A DNA stretch of 34,416 bases from a virus (IMGVR_UViG_3300032227_000349:1-34416); one strand, 5' to 3'. Counted from the stretch's first letter, positions 10,801-18,624 are shown. Numbers and translations: made by a program. The notes: a model not told the origin generated them from the sequence alone.

Positions 10801-11274
10801 ATCAAAGATGTCAAAGCCTCCAGAAAGGAAAGCAAGATTGTTATCAAGTGCATCGGCAAACCAACCGCTGCGGTCAGCAGAGTTCTTGCCTGGAGATAAA
10901 AGAGCAAGTGATGCTTGACCTAAAGAAATCTGTTCTTTGTTAGCAGCAACGCGGGTGCGGTAATCTTCGTAAGATTCATTTGGATTCTTGTACTTGTTGT
11001 ACATCAAAGGTGTGTCAAGTAATCCCTCAACCATCTTCTCACGAACAACTCCGCCTGCTTCGTATGACTTCTCGCCTACATAGAATAAACCTTTAACTGC
11101 ACCACGAACTGGAGTAGTTCCAATCTTGGCTACATCTTTAACAAGGTTCAAACCATCTACATACCATGGGTCATCGTTAGATAAAGTGTTAGACATATCG
11201 TGAATAAGCCCTGGAATACCAGTGAAATCCGCGACACCTTTTGCAATTTTGCCTAAGTTATCGGTCCATGACAT
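4870..11274 (-). CDS. Giant internal virion/ejection protein with ADP-ribosyltransferase domain(s)
   Basis: 2134 aa. R-S-E ART motifs: VFRG (R at 8587-8589), FVSTS (8512-8520), GESEVLLP (8311-8319). Size and position typical of podovirus core proteins. Confidence 0.8.
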   Translation of the reverse strand: MSWTDNLGKIAKGVADFTGIPGLIHDMSNTLSNDDPWYVDGLNLVKDVAKIGTTPVRGAVKGLFYVGEKSYEAGGVVREKMVEGLLDTPLMYNKYKNPNESYEDYRTRVAANKEQISLGQASLALLSPGKNSADRSGWFADALDNNLAFLSGGFDIFDANDRKVAFDDQFTGKFLSGAQDLVASTVVDPLTFTGFLGKGAVIASKGLMYENINGKLARTVFGKAAMTNEKMDNLLERALVGEGAAVKDVEFLAQTDAKGQYGYWAKKKVTNPDALAYMFGKAQTKEEVVTIFRAVMLKDTKAMSEIAEKDSELAVMLDNMSDGATHPQRQLMDGKLDGDVLTTPEYNNAIGTYIEDLKKTDPAFLAAYDKVATGRPFRYGFEKEFLQKSRFGAVNKAEKMAARTFGDPESITYLKTSLHPLVKIVHFFKEDVPSGVFNVNDGNSYMEFNTFLRQTNDLSGNKFQEASRELADRYLAAALPAERLEIIKEAERRAINTLFPNYDQDTLDKIYKIYDARRASLIERHNNQGFLGYFDGDQFINAKSPLLERQGANTVIIADLARLKQGIDAHERVLPTILQGIDVDNLAIRTNKSMAALDTINDIFKTSVLMRLGYTVRNLTEAQLSMMAKGFALPSMVASGGKDAVGRFFNNRKAGVNRLVDNLNVVTGKADDFNVIQHEIGSQFDMLRSVDMGRQQLAKEVSVRIAELEGMRVGKTVKGFTKAITSDITGEAAITVDEAEKFAFEVELRTLKGVLADLESVTLYHGAPGLFNLDKSRALATSASPAIARRYAEGGTLHSVEQYIPTKTGRMGRLGQKPELAPGAEAGTRGVIEQMPLEEFQEIKQYVRGGYAETQLDLRDPNRWASYGKVGKAEIPQMLQRAIQRSVIKENTVVFRGTSNPDILNAKLGDIVTEKGFVSTSKKYRVAEKFAFNSKEDSTVIRIQLPKGTNGLDIVASYRGFSKLDSELSKTQGIDAKLTDIDITGESEVLLPAGTKFEVVNVIEGQAATKDFPAIKPVVTLRAIVQEAPAPSAKRADVLNEATLKLQSDMIDAVNAGKLVEYKDSAGQWKKVKSIDYETLILAAETDEAEIVLFKNWTNRPIFRVNATKGSVQPYRVYGKPLYLQQWSDIPIELRESAFGNKLTNFKSWIKSKGWNEPNDPVFKYMRENGYGRAVVADDKRAGGLSHIALPESIGDKGRTAEVNAYIKSRMEKEAQVWEMDATAGLEPRFDTPKARRAEKRYVGKKARLQKKDYAVSPYYAEDSVNAMINNGIEDAAANLARDYAQAHAHLDDLFSRLGAVIDRAESTAIKQRTGFGRFDYEANGHNYSLPKAFEEASWFLGRTSAESTWNALVSSQEMAFTAGIGSRSVRTIDPADPKYFEGWSNILNMHFRDPESGIMDPVVRMILDGEDNEKILSWFHTSKGSMYATEAYTLVGAGKGVTKLKGGELDEHLMAKLHETRQAVAAYIPDNETALMLSAAKETGKPLSGGEIQQFLVERFGKNPEDLKPLNGMLVTSSKEYKDQERLIDTINRRVMRFLGSMPEDVFARHPLTVAIYEKELRLNMASMADAKGADRLTPDEINRAVSNARETARQEVERTLFTIVRRTGASSSRSMKLLFPFYAAYENTLKRWGGMSMDNPQLVATAARTIAQVVNAQMVVDRDGNRLTSPEQLQGNQGANLVVNVPQSFIDALPASWKPIVENSFKNINIPLASLDVITQGQVGNPGFGPYATLPAYLVLKQRPELEDALKPFFPVGAPQSATDIFTPSVIRRLNTVWRQDELYVRSYNQMLRYETYLYNQGKRTDAPTPSEIKDKTNKFFFLRALTSISAPFAIAPEVDFYAQTFRQYQEQFADYRDPTTGKRVYGMAEAKFLEQYPDFFEATVSLSKNEGGLEPSLQTVRNLRKHSDLMAYADGKGDPELIGFLADDGDDAYTFSQAAYQWQYNHGATPGGGSTYRQNRTPGELLREANIKRGWAEYQQLEQAINTYKIQNGITDDKDPQMKVVKQAKSIWIQQKSGDNLDWYSEYVSPDRAKYARRADVLDKALKDKKWMAQNGNRAVVKSMALYLEARNQIGEILKQRDAAGGSRSIDANSNEDIAAAFDMFRTNLIAGSPEFEQFINRYFANDTVVI

Positions 11275-11726
11275 TAGACATTAGCCTTTAACCAGCGGTA
11301 AAAGTTACGAGTTGCGTTTGTTGCTGTTGGAGATTCTGCAATACGAGCGTAAATTGGAAGGAACGCTGCAAGTTTTGCCATATCTTCGTTTTGCTGTGCA
11401 TTTAACATACCTGGTGTAGAAAGAACCTCAGGTCCTGCTCCTGGTCCTAGTGTTGCACCTGTTGAAGGATACTCATCTGGTCGCTGTGTAGCAGCATCTA
11501 AAGGAACAACCTCATCGCCCCCACCCATCATTGCTGACATAGCAGAAAGGGTTGGTGTTGGTCCTACATTAACGCCAGACTTGTTCATCTTGGCAGCAGT
11601 TTGCAATTCCATGTTTTCTTTACCTTCACCGTAGGCACCTCCAGCCATATATTGCGCTGGTTGTCCTGCACTACCTGCACCGCCTGTAGCGGATACTTGA
11701 AAGTTACTTGATGCTGCTTCTGCCAT
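11274..11726 (-). CDS. Gly/Ala/Pro-rich hypothetical virion protein
   Basis: Start moved to MAEAASSN (ATG 11726), which follows AAGGAAA; stop overlaps the start of the next gene. Confidence 0.7.
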   Translation of the reverse strand: MAEAASSNFQVSATGGAGSAGQPAQYMAGGAYGEGKENMELQTAAKMNKSGVNVGPTPTLSAMSAMMGGGDEVVPLDAATQRPDEYPSTGATLGPGAGPEVLSTPGMLNAQQNEDMAKLAAFLPIYARIAESPTATNATRNFYRWLKANV

Positions 11727-11840
11727 TTTGGTTTCCTTCGCTATAAGAGCGTTAATAAAATTATGAGCCTTTTTGCAACTTGCCCAGGTTGGTTCTCGCC
11801 ATTTATTTATAGTTGCTGTACGGTGGCAACTGCGCAAAAA

Positions 11841-12032
11841 TTACTTTGAGCCGTGTGTGCCTGCTGGTTGTGCTGAGAACATTGTTACGGATGCGCCAGG
11901 CTTTGAAGCCTTCGGCATACCAGCGTTAGTAGGCTGTTGTGTAGGTGCCTTTCCAGAACCGCCCTGATTAGCAGGCTTTGATGCCTTGCCTGGTTGGTTG
12001 TTTGGATACTTTGCTGTACTTGTATTCGCCAT
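11841..12032 (-). CDS. Small low-complexity basic protein
   Basis: 63-aa ORF with strong GGAGGAGG RBS just after the portal stop. Confidence 0.65.
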   Translation of the reverse strand: MANTSTAKYPNNQPGKASKPANQGGSGKAPTQQPTNAGMPKASKPGASVTMFSAQPAGTHGSK

Positions 12033-12047
12033 GGTTACCCTCCTCCC

Positions 12048-13862
12048 CTAAATAGGTAGTCGTCTAGCGACTGTCGCTTGTAGATTAGGTTCACCACGAG
12101 CACCGAGAGATGCAAGTAGTGATTGAACATCTGGTCTACCGCCTGGGGCGAGTTGTCCTGGGGCTACGCCTTGCATACGCCCTGATTCACTCATGCCCAT
12201 TGGAAGTTGCCCGTCACCTGCCGCGCTCTCACTTGGCATGCCCATAGATTCAGGACTTACTGAGCCAGGGGCTGCAGCAGGTGCGGGATTCTGCGGTTGG
12301 AACGCCTCGGAAATTGCTATTTCAATAGCAGTACCCTTTTGGCGAGCGCTAATTACATACGAAAGTTTGCGTAGGATGTCGGATGGGTCTTGTCCTTGGC
12401 TTGCAAGGGCTGGAATTGCTTGTGCGTATGAGGCAATAGCCTGTTTCATAGCATCACGCAGTTCTTCTGTTTCAATCTTTTCTTCTTCTTGTGTTGCATT
12501 GAAAGAAAAAGGCATTTGACGGCGTAGGAAATCACGAGAAATCAACTTATCACCGCGTGCTTGTAGTCCAAAGACCAATGCGCGGTTAGGGTCGAGTCCT
12601 GCCATCAAGCCATACTGGACATCTACGGTGTAATCACCATCAATATCGCGTGCTGGCTTATATTTAAGGTTGTAAGGAGTACCGTTGTATACACCACGGA
12701 GTTCTTTTTCCTGCATACCAAAGATTTGCTCATCAACTTTAAGAGCAAGTGCTAACAATTCAGTAAAGGCACGGGCAAACATTGCATGTGCAGTCTTGAT
12801 TTGTGTATCAAAACCACCCATAAGCGCCTTAACGCCCTGACCTGTAATGATAGAAGCATCTGAATTACCAGTTCTTGCTTCTGGAAAGCGTGAACCTAGA
12901 CGGAGTTCGCTTTCAAGAACTGATGACTGTGCGAACACATTATTAGGTAGTTCAAGCGGTACTCTACGAATCTCGTTAGGCTTACTGGAACGCATAATTG
13001 CATCTGGTCCAAGGGCTAACTCCTGACTATCAAGTGGCATAGCAATAGGTGCTTGCACTGATTTGGTTGCTGCCTCAAGTGAAAGCAACGCATAGCGTGC
13101 CTTGGCAACCTGAATAGCAAGGACATCATCAAACTGTCCACGGGATTGGTCATCAAGTGAAGGTCGCATAACAACGCGAATCATGCACTCGCCCATTACA
13201 TTTTTAGCACGCTCCAGAACAAGGTTGTTTTTGTTTGGCATGAATAGGACATCTTGGTCTTTGTCATGGAAACGAACAATCTCAGACATGGTTGTCGTGT
13301 TGTTTTTGTCGTAAATAAGGTGGGCTACTTCTGGATACTTAGCCATTAGTTCTTCTGTTGGCTTGTTCATGCGCTGGAAGAACATAGTTACGCGACCATA
13401 ACGGTCAATAACTGGGTAAGAACCTAGTGAATCAAAGAACTTGATACGAGGCATTTGCTCATCAATATCAATTTCAACCTGTGCTGGTACGAATCCGTAA
13501 GTTACATAACGGTCTGCAGCATTAAACATCTGGGTCTGTAGGTCAGAGAAGTTAACGATACCGTTGACAATCTCTCCACGCTTATCTGCTTTTCTACGAG
13601 CAGTTTCAGTGGACATAGATGTTGATGTGCAACCAAAGGATGGCAAAGGTGCAATAACTTCTGCAATATCACGGGCAGCAATATCTACCATATTTGCCAC
13701 GATAGGATTCTCGAAAGGACCATCGGGGAAAAGGTCTGGGTAAACATCGCGCATTTTTCCTTGACGAACTAGGAGAACTTGATTCATACGCTGGTCGCGG
13801 TCATCATACATACGGCGATAGCGGTCATAATAGTTCTTAATTTCTTCAATGGTAAATGGCAT
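12048..13862 (-). CDS. Portal protein
   Basis: About 604 aa directly downstream of the terminase; helical body with Pro/Gly-rich tail; RBS AGGAGGTG before ATG 13862. Confidence 0.85.
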   Translation of the reverse strand: MPFTIEEIKNYYDRYRRMYDDRDQRMNQVLLVRQGKMRDVYPDLFPDGPFENPIVANMVDIAARDIAEVIAPLPSFGCTSTSMSTETARRKADKRGEIVNGIVNFSDLQTQMFNAADRYVTYGFVPAQVEIDIDEQMPRIKFFDSLGSYPVIDRYGRVTMFFQRMNKPTEELMAKYPEVAHLIYDKNNTTTMSEIVRFHDKDQDVLFMPNKNNLVLERAKNVMGECMIRVVMRPSLDDQSRGQFDDVLAIQVAKARYALLSLEAATKSVQAPIAMPLDSQELALGPDAIMRSSKPNEIRRVPLELPNNVFAQSSVLESELRLGSRFPEARTGNSDASIITGQGVKALMGGFDTQIKTAHAMFARAFTELLALALKVDEQIFGMQEKELRGVYNGTPYNLKYKPARDIDGDYTVDVQYGLMAGLDPNRALVFGLQARGDKLISRDFLRRQMPFSFNATQEEEKIETEELRDAMKQAIASYAQAIPALASQGQDPSDILRKLSYVISARQKGTAIEIAISEAFQPQNPAPAAAPGSVSPESMGMPSESAAGDGQLPMGMSESGRMQGVAPGQLAPGGRPDVQSLLASLGARGEPNLQATVARRLPI

Positions 13863-13876
13863 GTTCACCTCCTATC

Positions 13877-15739
13877 TTAGTTGTATGCGTAATCACTCAA
13901 GTTAACGGTGAATTGTTGGCTTTTGTCGTACTTAGTTTGGAACATATTTGTATAACTGTGGTTGCGAGCAAAGTTACTTGCGTTAGTAACTCTGTCTCGT
14001 ACTGCTAATTCTGTAAACCAAAGTGCCATAACGCAGTCAGTCTTTTGGCTTCGTGGTGAATCTGGGTACCAGGTAATAAGTTGCTCGATGAGAGCCTTTA
14101 ATCCTTCGGACTGGTGTGTAGATGGGAACTCAATGAGGGCATTGCCTTCCTCGTAACCATGGAACAATGTAGTAAGAGATGCCACACCAAAGTCTGTATC
14201 CCACTTATTGTTTCCAGTGTGGTGTTCTTTGAGTATGGCACCCCTTGCCTGTAGGTATTCTCGTACCTCGCGGTCCTGGGTGAGCATTGCCTGAAATGCA
14301 TTTTTTTCTACACGCCACTCAGAAACTGAATACTTGTCTGTCCAGTCTTTAATCAATTCTCTAATCTCATCAGGCTTCATGCCCTGTTTGTTAGACACAT
14401 CCAGCACATATCGCTTTTGAGTAGCAACATCTACGCCAATACAAACGGCAGCAGTATGACCAGCCATAGCGGGGTCAAGACCTGCAACCACAATCAGACC
14501 ATCCATACCAGCAAGTCTGTTGCCAGCCTTATTCTTCGGGATGATTCCAATGTTGCGTGCGCCGTTGATTACACCCTTGACCGCATCTTGCGGGAAGGCG
14601 CTATCTTCGTGAACCTGTTGCTGTTGATAAACCATTGCCCAGAGATTGGGAGACATACGGCTTCTTTTTTTATTGAGGGCGTGTCCATCCCATTTGGTAT
14701 ACAGTCCGTCAGCATCTGGGGTACCTCTGCCTGAAACTGGAGGCATGTTGGTTTTAGCCCAAAGCGTTGACCACTCAGCGGGGTCATCTTTAAATTCCAA
14801 GACAGCAGGCTGAGCAAAGTAAGTCCAGGGGGAAGTTTCATCTGGATAGCGCATAGGGTCGCGCAATTCAGAGTACAAGTCCTTTGGGCGTAGGCGGGTT
14901 CCGACTACAAGAAGTTTTCCGCCATCGTAGTCAATACGAGACATAACTTCTGATTGAATCCAGTCAATTTGCTTTTCATACTCATGGGCGTTGGTATGGT
15001 CAACACAGTCATCCATGATGATGAGGTCAGCACGGGCACCGTAGATATGTCCACGAATACCGATAGCCTGAACTGTCGGGTCCTTTTCACCTGAGTTGCG
15101 TGCCTCAGACGATAGGTAAATTAGGTCCTGCTTCCATGAATCAGAATTCTTTTCAAATCCGCCTGGAGGTCCAAAGGCGAGGTGTAAATCCTGATAACGA
15201 GGATGGGTGAGTCTGTTCTTAATGGAGAGCAGGAACTTTTGCGCCATAGCCTGTGTCTTAGACACAATCAGAATACGGATATTCGGGTTCTGGCAAATCT
15301 GGTACACGGCATAGTTGACTGTGATAGTCGTTGACTTGGCGTGTTCTGGTGGCGTATTGACAATCAGTAGGTCAGGGTCGCCAGGTTCATAGGTAATGCT
15401 AGGGTGCACATCGGAGGGGGGTGTACCCTCCAATAAATCAATCCAGTGCTTCTGGTGGGTAAATACATCTACCCCCAGATACTTAGATGAAAACTCAGGG
15501 AACGGAGGCAGAGGCACGGTACCAGTCTGGAGTTCCCCTCGTTGGGTCATAGACCGAACTTTGTCTATCTGGGTGGCGAAGTCGGGGTCTGTCTTTCGGT
15601 AGTATTCGTAACTCTTGACTGACCGACCAACTGAGTCCATTGCTTTCTGGACTGACATGCCTTCCATTAAAAATTCTATAATCTGCTTTTTGATGGCATC
15701 CGACTTATGGGATGCAGCAGTAACTCTTTTTCTTTCCAT
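13877..15739 (-). CDS. terL: Terminase large subunit with N-terminal HTH-like extension
   Basis: Walker A-like PPEHAKST, GARADLIIMDD (Walker B), VVGTR coupling motif, RNase H-like GLDPA...VEKN...DCVMALW. Confidence 0.93.
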   Translation of the reverse strand: MERKRVTAASHKSDAIKKQIIEFLMEGMSVQKAMDSVGRSVKSYEYYRKTDPDFATQIDKVRSMTQRGELQTGTVPLPPFPEFSSKYLGVDVFTHQKHWIDLLEGTPPSDVHPSITYEPGDPDLLIVNTPPEHAKSTTITVNYAVYQICQNPNIRILIVSKTQAMAQKFLLSIKNRLTHPRYQDLHLAFGPPGGFEKNSDSWKQDLIYLSSEARNSGEKDPTVQAIGIRGHIYGARADLIIMDDCVDHTNAHEYEKQIDWIQSEVMSRIDYDGGKLLVVGTRLRPKDLYSELRDPMRYPDETSPWTYFAQPAVLEFKDDPAEWSTLWAKTNMPPVSGRGTPDADGLYTKWDGHALNKKRSRMSPNLWAMVYQQQQVHEDSAFPQDAVKGVINGARNIGIIPKNKAGNRLAGMDGLIVVAGLDPAMAGHTAAVCIGVDVATQKRYVLDVSNKQGMKPDEIRELIKDWTDKYSVSEWRVEKNAFQAMLTQDREVREYLQARGAILKEHHTGNNKWDTDFGVASLTTLFHGYEEGNALIEFPSTHQSEGLKALIEQLITWYPDSPRSQKTDCVMALWFTELAVRDRVTNASNFARNHSYTNMFQTKYDKSQQFTVNLSDYAYN

Positions 15740-16280
15740 AGGCGTAGTAAGCAGCGCGACAAATAATAGAGCGCTGCAGTATCCTTTCTAACCGAAGCCG
15801 TAGCCCCAAGGCGAAGGCGAAGGTTAGGGCATACTATAGGGGGCAACCTTGGTGGTTGCCTTAGCAGTACAGAGGGGCGAATATATCGTTGCCCCTCACT
15901 ATACTATTAGGTGTCCAAAGGACACTAATTGGACATCTTTTTTTAATATATTTTTTGTTACCTATGTCACTGCGCCAAAAGCGCAGGTCAAGTGCCACAT
16001 GACGACCCCTATCAAAGTTATGTGGAGTGATACACATACACATACACGCACACATATTTAAAACCCTGGGGTCACTGACCCCGCAAAGTCTCCTCAAGAT
16101 GCAAGCCCTGCACGCCTTGCCTTGCTTTCATGTCTTAAGAACTAGCAATGAGGAGGGCTAGACCTTGCGAGGGCGACAACTCTCAAGCCTGCCCCGTCTC
16201 AATCGCGGGGGGCGCATCGCTTGCCTTGCCTTGCTTGCTTGCGTGTCTCACATATTGAGACACAAGCACGCTTGAGGGGA

Positions 16281-16357
16281 TGTGATGCAACTCACAAAAA
16301 TAATTTTGAAATGTCCGAATTGTCGGTTGACACCGCATGCATGAGGCATGAGAGAGT
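16281..16357 (+). promoter_or_regulatory. Early promoter 1 with CRP/GlxR box
   Basis: TGTGAtgcaacTCACA at 16281-16296; TTGACA at 16327-16332; candidate -10 GAGAGT at 16352-16357. Confidence 0.7.
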
Positions 16358-16407
16358 TCTCTCATCGCTTAAGTCACAACGGCTTAACGAGAACAGGAGA
16401 AACGAAC

Positions 16408-17046
16408 ATGAACGCAACAACAGCAACCAAGGCGAACAAGGCAACCAAGGCGGAGGCGCTTTCAACAATCACCAAGGCGCTTGAATCTGCTCATGAACTC
16501 ATCAAGGCAGAAACAGGCGCACCGCGTGCAACTCTCTTGGTGACCCGCGACCTCAAGGGGCGCAAGGGACATTTCACCCCTTTCACACCTTGGCAGAATG
16601 GCGAGGAATCTTTCTCGGAGATTGCTTTCAATCTTGAGCATTTCACAACACCCGAGGAATTACTCTCGACTCTCTTGCATGAGGTTGCACACTCAATCAA
16701 CCACATGAACGGCATCGAGGATTGTTCCTCGAATCAGTACCACAACGCCAAATTCAAGACACAAGCCGAGGCGCTCGGTCTTAAGACACTAGAAATCAAG
16801 GGCAAGGGGCACGCCTCAACAGAACTCACCGAGTTTGGCGCTAAGCGATGGGCTAAGGCGTTGCGAATCCTTGCGGGTGCATTTGATTTGGTTGCACTTG
16901 GTGGCGAATCTGCCAAGAAGAAAGGGCGCAACACCAACCTAATCAAAGCACAATGCGATTGTGAGCAGATAATCCGCGCAAGCGCATCAGTAATCCAATC
17001 AGGCGTGATGTGCTCACAATGTGAGACATACTTCAAGGCGGTGTGA
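16408..17046 (+). CDS. SprT-like zinc metallopeptidase with C-terminal Zn ribbon
   Basis: TLLHEVAH zincin motif, YHNAKFK third-ligand region, CDC...CSQC; start at ATG 16408 after ACAGGAGA. Confidence 0.85.
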   Translation: MNATTATKANKATKAEALSTITKALESAHELIKAETGAPRATLLVTRDLKGRKGHFTPFTPWQNGEESFSEIAFNLEHFTTPEELLSTLLHEVAHSINHMNGIEDCSSNQYHNAKFKTQAEALGLKTLEIKGKGHASTELTEFGAKRWAKALRILAGAFDLVALGGESAKKKGRNTNLIKAQCDCEQIIRASASVIQSGVMCSQCETYFKAV

Positions 17047-17132
17047 CTTAAGACACAACAGCCCCCGCCGATAGGGTACGGATTCACAATCCAACGGGGG
17101 CACGAACTCTCAACCTCAAGTTGAGGGTTAGG

Positions 17133-17188
17133 TGTGATGGACATCACATCCAAAACGCTTGACACGCTTAGGCTATGGATGAGAAGGT
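17133..17188 (+). promoter_or_regulatory. Early promoter 2 with CRP/GlxR box
   Basis: TGTGAtggacaTCACA 17133-17148; TTGACA 17159-17164; 18-bp spacer; GAAGGT. Confidence 0.75.
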
Positions 17189-17249
17189 TACACCAAGCAA
17201 GACCACAACAGGCACCGCGCAGGTTGTGTATTAAGACAGGAGACAGAAC

Positions 17250-17483
17250 ATGGCTCAAGATTACAAGCCCGCCACAGATTGGAAAGAGGCACTACGCCTA
17301 AGGATTGAAGAAGCAGAAAGCAACGCAGAAAAAAGAAGGGACAAGGCAGAGGAAGATATTTTCAAAATCATCGGCGACTTGCCACCCCTCGCGTTTATCA
17401 CACTACGCTCTTTATTTGAGGAGTGGGAAGAAGCAAGCGCGGATATGGAAAAGTTCACAGAAAGATTAACTAATCTGTATTAA
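17250..17483 (+). CDS. Hypothetical early protein (helical, acidic)
   Basis: 77-aa ORF with AGACAGGAGA RBS at 17234-17243. Confidence 0.8.
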   Translation: MAQDYKPATDWKEALRLRIEEAESNAEKRRDKAEEDIFKIIGDLPPLAFITLRSLFEEWEEASADMEKFTERLTNLY

Positions 17484-17490
17484 GACACAA

Positions 17491-17546
17491 TGTGACCAAC
17501 ATCACAGCCCCAACCCTTGACAGAAGGCGCGTGTTCACGACACGAT
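17491..17546 (+). promoter_or_regulatory. Early promoter 3 with CRP/GlxR box
   Basis: TGTGAccaacaTCACA 17491-17506; TTGACA 17517-17522; 18-bp spacer; CACGAT. Confidence 0.8.
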
Positions 17547-17612
17547 TGGGGCACAAGGTAAGGCGGGGAAGTTCCCCCCTTACTGGCACCAAAAAGAACG
17601 GGAGAAAAAAAC

Positions 17613-17981
17613 ATGGCAACAAGAAGCACAATCGGTATTAAGTCAGAAGATGGCACAATCAAAGCGATTTACTGTCATTGGGATGGATACCCCGAAGGGG
17701 TAGGGGCTGGACTTGTTCAGTTCTACAACACAGCACAACAGGCAACAGAACTCATCAACCTTGGCGGATTCTCTGCACTCATGGAGACACTAGAAGAAAC
17801 CAAGGCGGGAGCCTACAACACACCAAGCGACAGCGCCCGCACATTTACAGGCGAGGGCGATTGGTTCGAGAACTTCAACGCAGGCGAGGAGTATTTCTAT
17901 CTATACACCGAGGGCACAGGATGGCGCTACTCACAAGGTGGAAACTGGGCATGTCTTAAGACAGAAAAAGAGGTGGCGTAA
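17613..17981 (+). CDS. Conserved phage protein of unknown function (YCHWDGYP motif)
   Basis: MATRSTIGI...IYCHWDGYPEGVG...EEYFYLY pattern, familiar from phage early regions; ACGGGAGA RBS. Confidence 0.8.
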   Translation: MATRSTIGIKSEDGTIKAIYCHWDGYPEGVGAGLVQFYNTAQQATELINLGGFSALMETLEETKAGAYNTPSDSARTFTGEGDWFENFNAGEEYFYLYTEGTGWRYSQGGNWACLKTEKEVA

Positions 17982-18160
17982 TGCCTAGCACATGTGAGGA
18001 TTGCGACAGCGTGACACGAATCACACTCGCCCCCTATGGGATGCGGTTCATGGCAGAGATTGCATGTCCTAAATGCGGTGTGTCTTACGACACGAACATT
18101 GACGACAACGACATTGAAACCATCAAGAAATCATTGCTTAAGACAGGAGAAAAAAAATGA
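17981..18160 (+). CDS. Small Zn-finger protein (59 aa)
   Basis: Hand translation MPSTCEDCDS...IACPKCGVSYD...LLKTGEKK*; TAATG coupling with the upstream gene. Confidence 0.7.
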   Translation: MPSTCEDCDSVTRITLAPYGMRFMAEIACPKCGVSYDTNIDDNDIETIKKSLLKTGEKK

Positions 18161-18324
18161 GTATGCAACCCAAGAAATGCCAGCAATGCGGGGCGGATAC
18201 TTTCAAAGAGTATTACACCACCATGCAAGGAAGCGGGCGCAGACCCCGCACAGTAGAGGCATGGATATGTAGCGACACATGCGCCACCTCTTTCTTCGGA
18301 GAAAAGATTGAAAGTGTGGCTTAA
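18157..18324 (+). CDS. Small Zn-finger protein (55 aa, CxxC...CSxxC)
   Basis: MSMQPKKCQQCGAD...WICSDTCATSFFGEKIESVA*; AGACAGGAGA RBS; ATGA overlap. Confidence 0.75.
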   Translation: MSMQPKKCQQCGADTFKEYYTTMQGSGRRPRTVEAWICSDTCATSFFGEKIESVA

Positions 18325-18331
18325 GACACAA

Positions 18332-18388
18332 TGTGATTAACATCACAGCCCTAAACCATTGACAGATGGCGCATGCTCAAGACATGAT
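18332..18388 (+). promoter_or_regulatory. Early promoter 4 with CRP/GlxR box
   Basis: TGTGAttaacaTCACA 18332-18347; TTGACA 18359-18364; 18-bp spacer; CATGAT. Confidence 0.8.
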
Positions 18389-18445
18389 TAGGGCACAAGC
18401 AAGACGGGAAATCCTCGGCTTGTTTATTAAGACAGGAGAACGAAG

Positions 18446-18610
18446 ATGGATGCACGATACGCAATGGCAGATGCTTACAAGGCACTACGCCGAGCAGGTA
18501 TGGAAGCAACAGAGTTTGAGGCAGAGATAAACAACTGCACAGATTCAGAGCATGCATATCGCATCGCCCTCAAGTGGCAAGCGATTGCAAATAAGAAAGT
18601 TGTGGCTTAA
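18446..18610 (+). CDS. Hypothetical early protein (54 aa)
   Basis: MDARYAMADAYKALRRAG...IANKKVVA*; AGACAGGAGA RBS at 18430-18439. Confidence 0.75.
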   Translation: MDARYAMADAYKALRRAGMEATEFEAEINNCTDSEHAYRIALKWQAIANKKVVA

Positions 18611-18624
18611 GACAGAAGAAAAAA

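Noticed and set aside
88-15602. Many plus-strand ORFs in the structural region
   Set aside because: Antisense shadows of long, coupled minus-strand genes, with no RBS or recognisable motifs
16321-16342. PafBC-type promoter (TGTCGG-N10-TANNNT)
   Set aside because: TGTCGG is present but there is no TANNNT at the required spacing; the adjacent TTGACA explains the site
15849-16365. Short ORFs in the divergent region, including a possible TerS
   Set aside because: Low-complexity translations without RBS; the region is better explained as non-coding
17059-17105. tRNA gene
   Set aside because: Too short; no cloverleaf, anticodon arm or canonical TTCRA loop
18036-18272. 78-aa ORF from the track
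   Set aside because: Out of frame with two coupled Zn-finger ORFs that have better RBS and overlap signals
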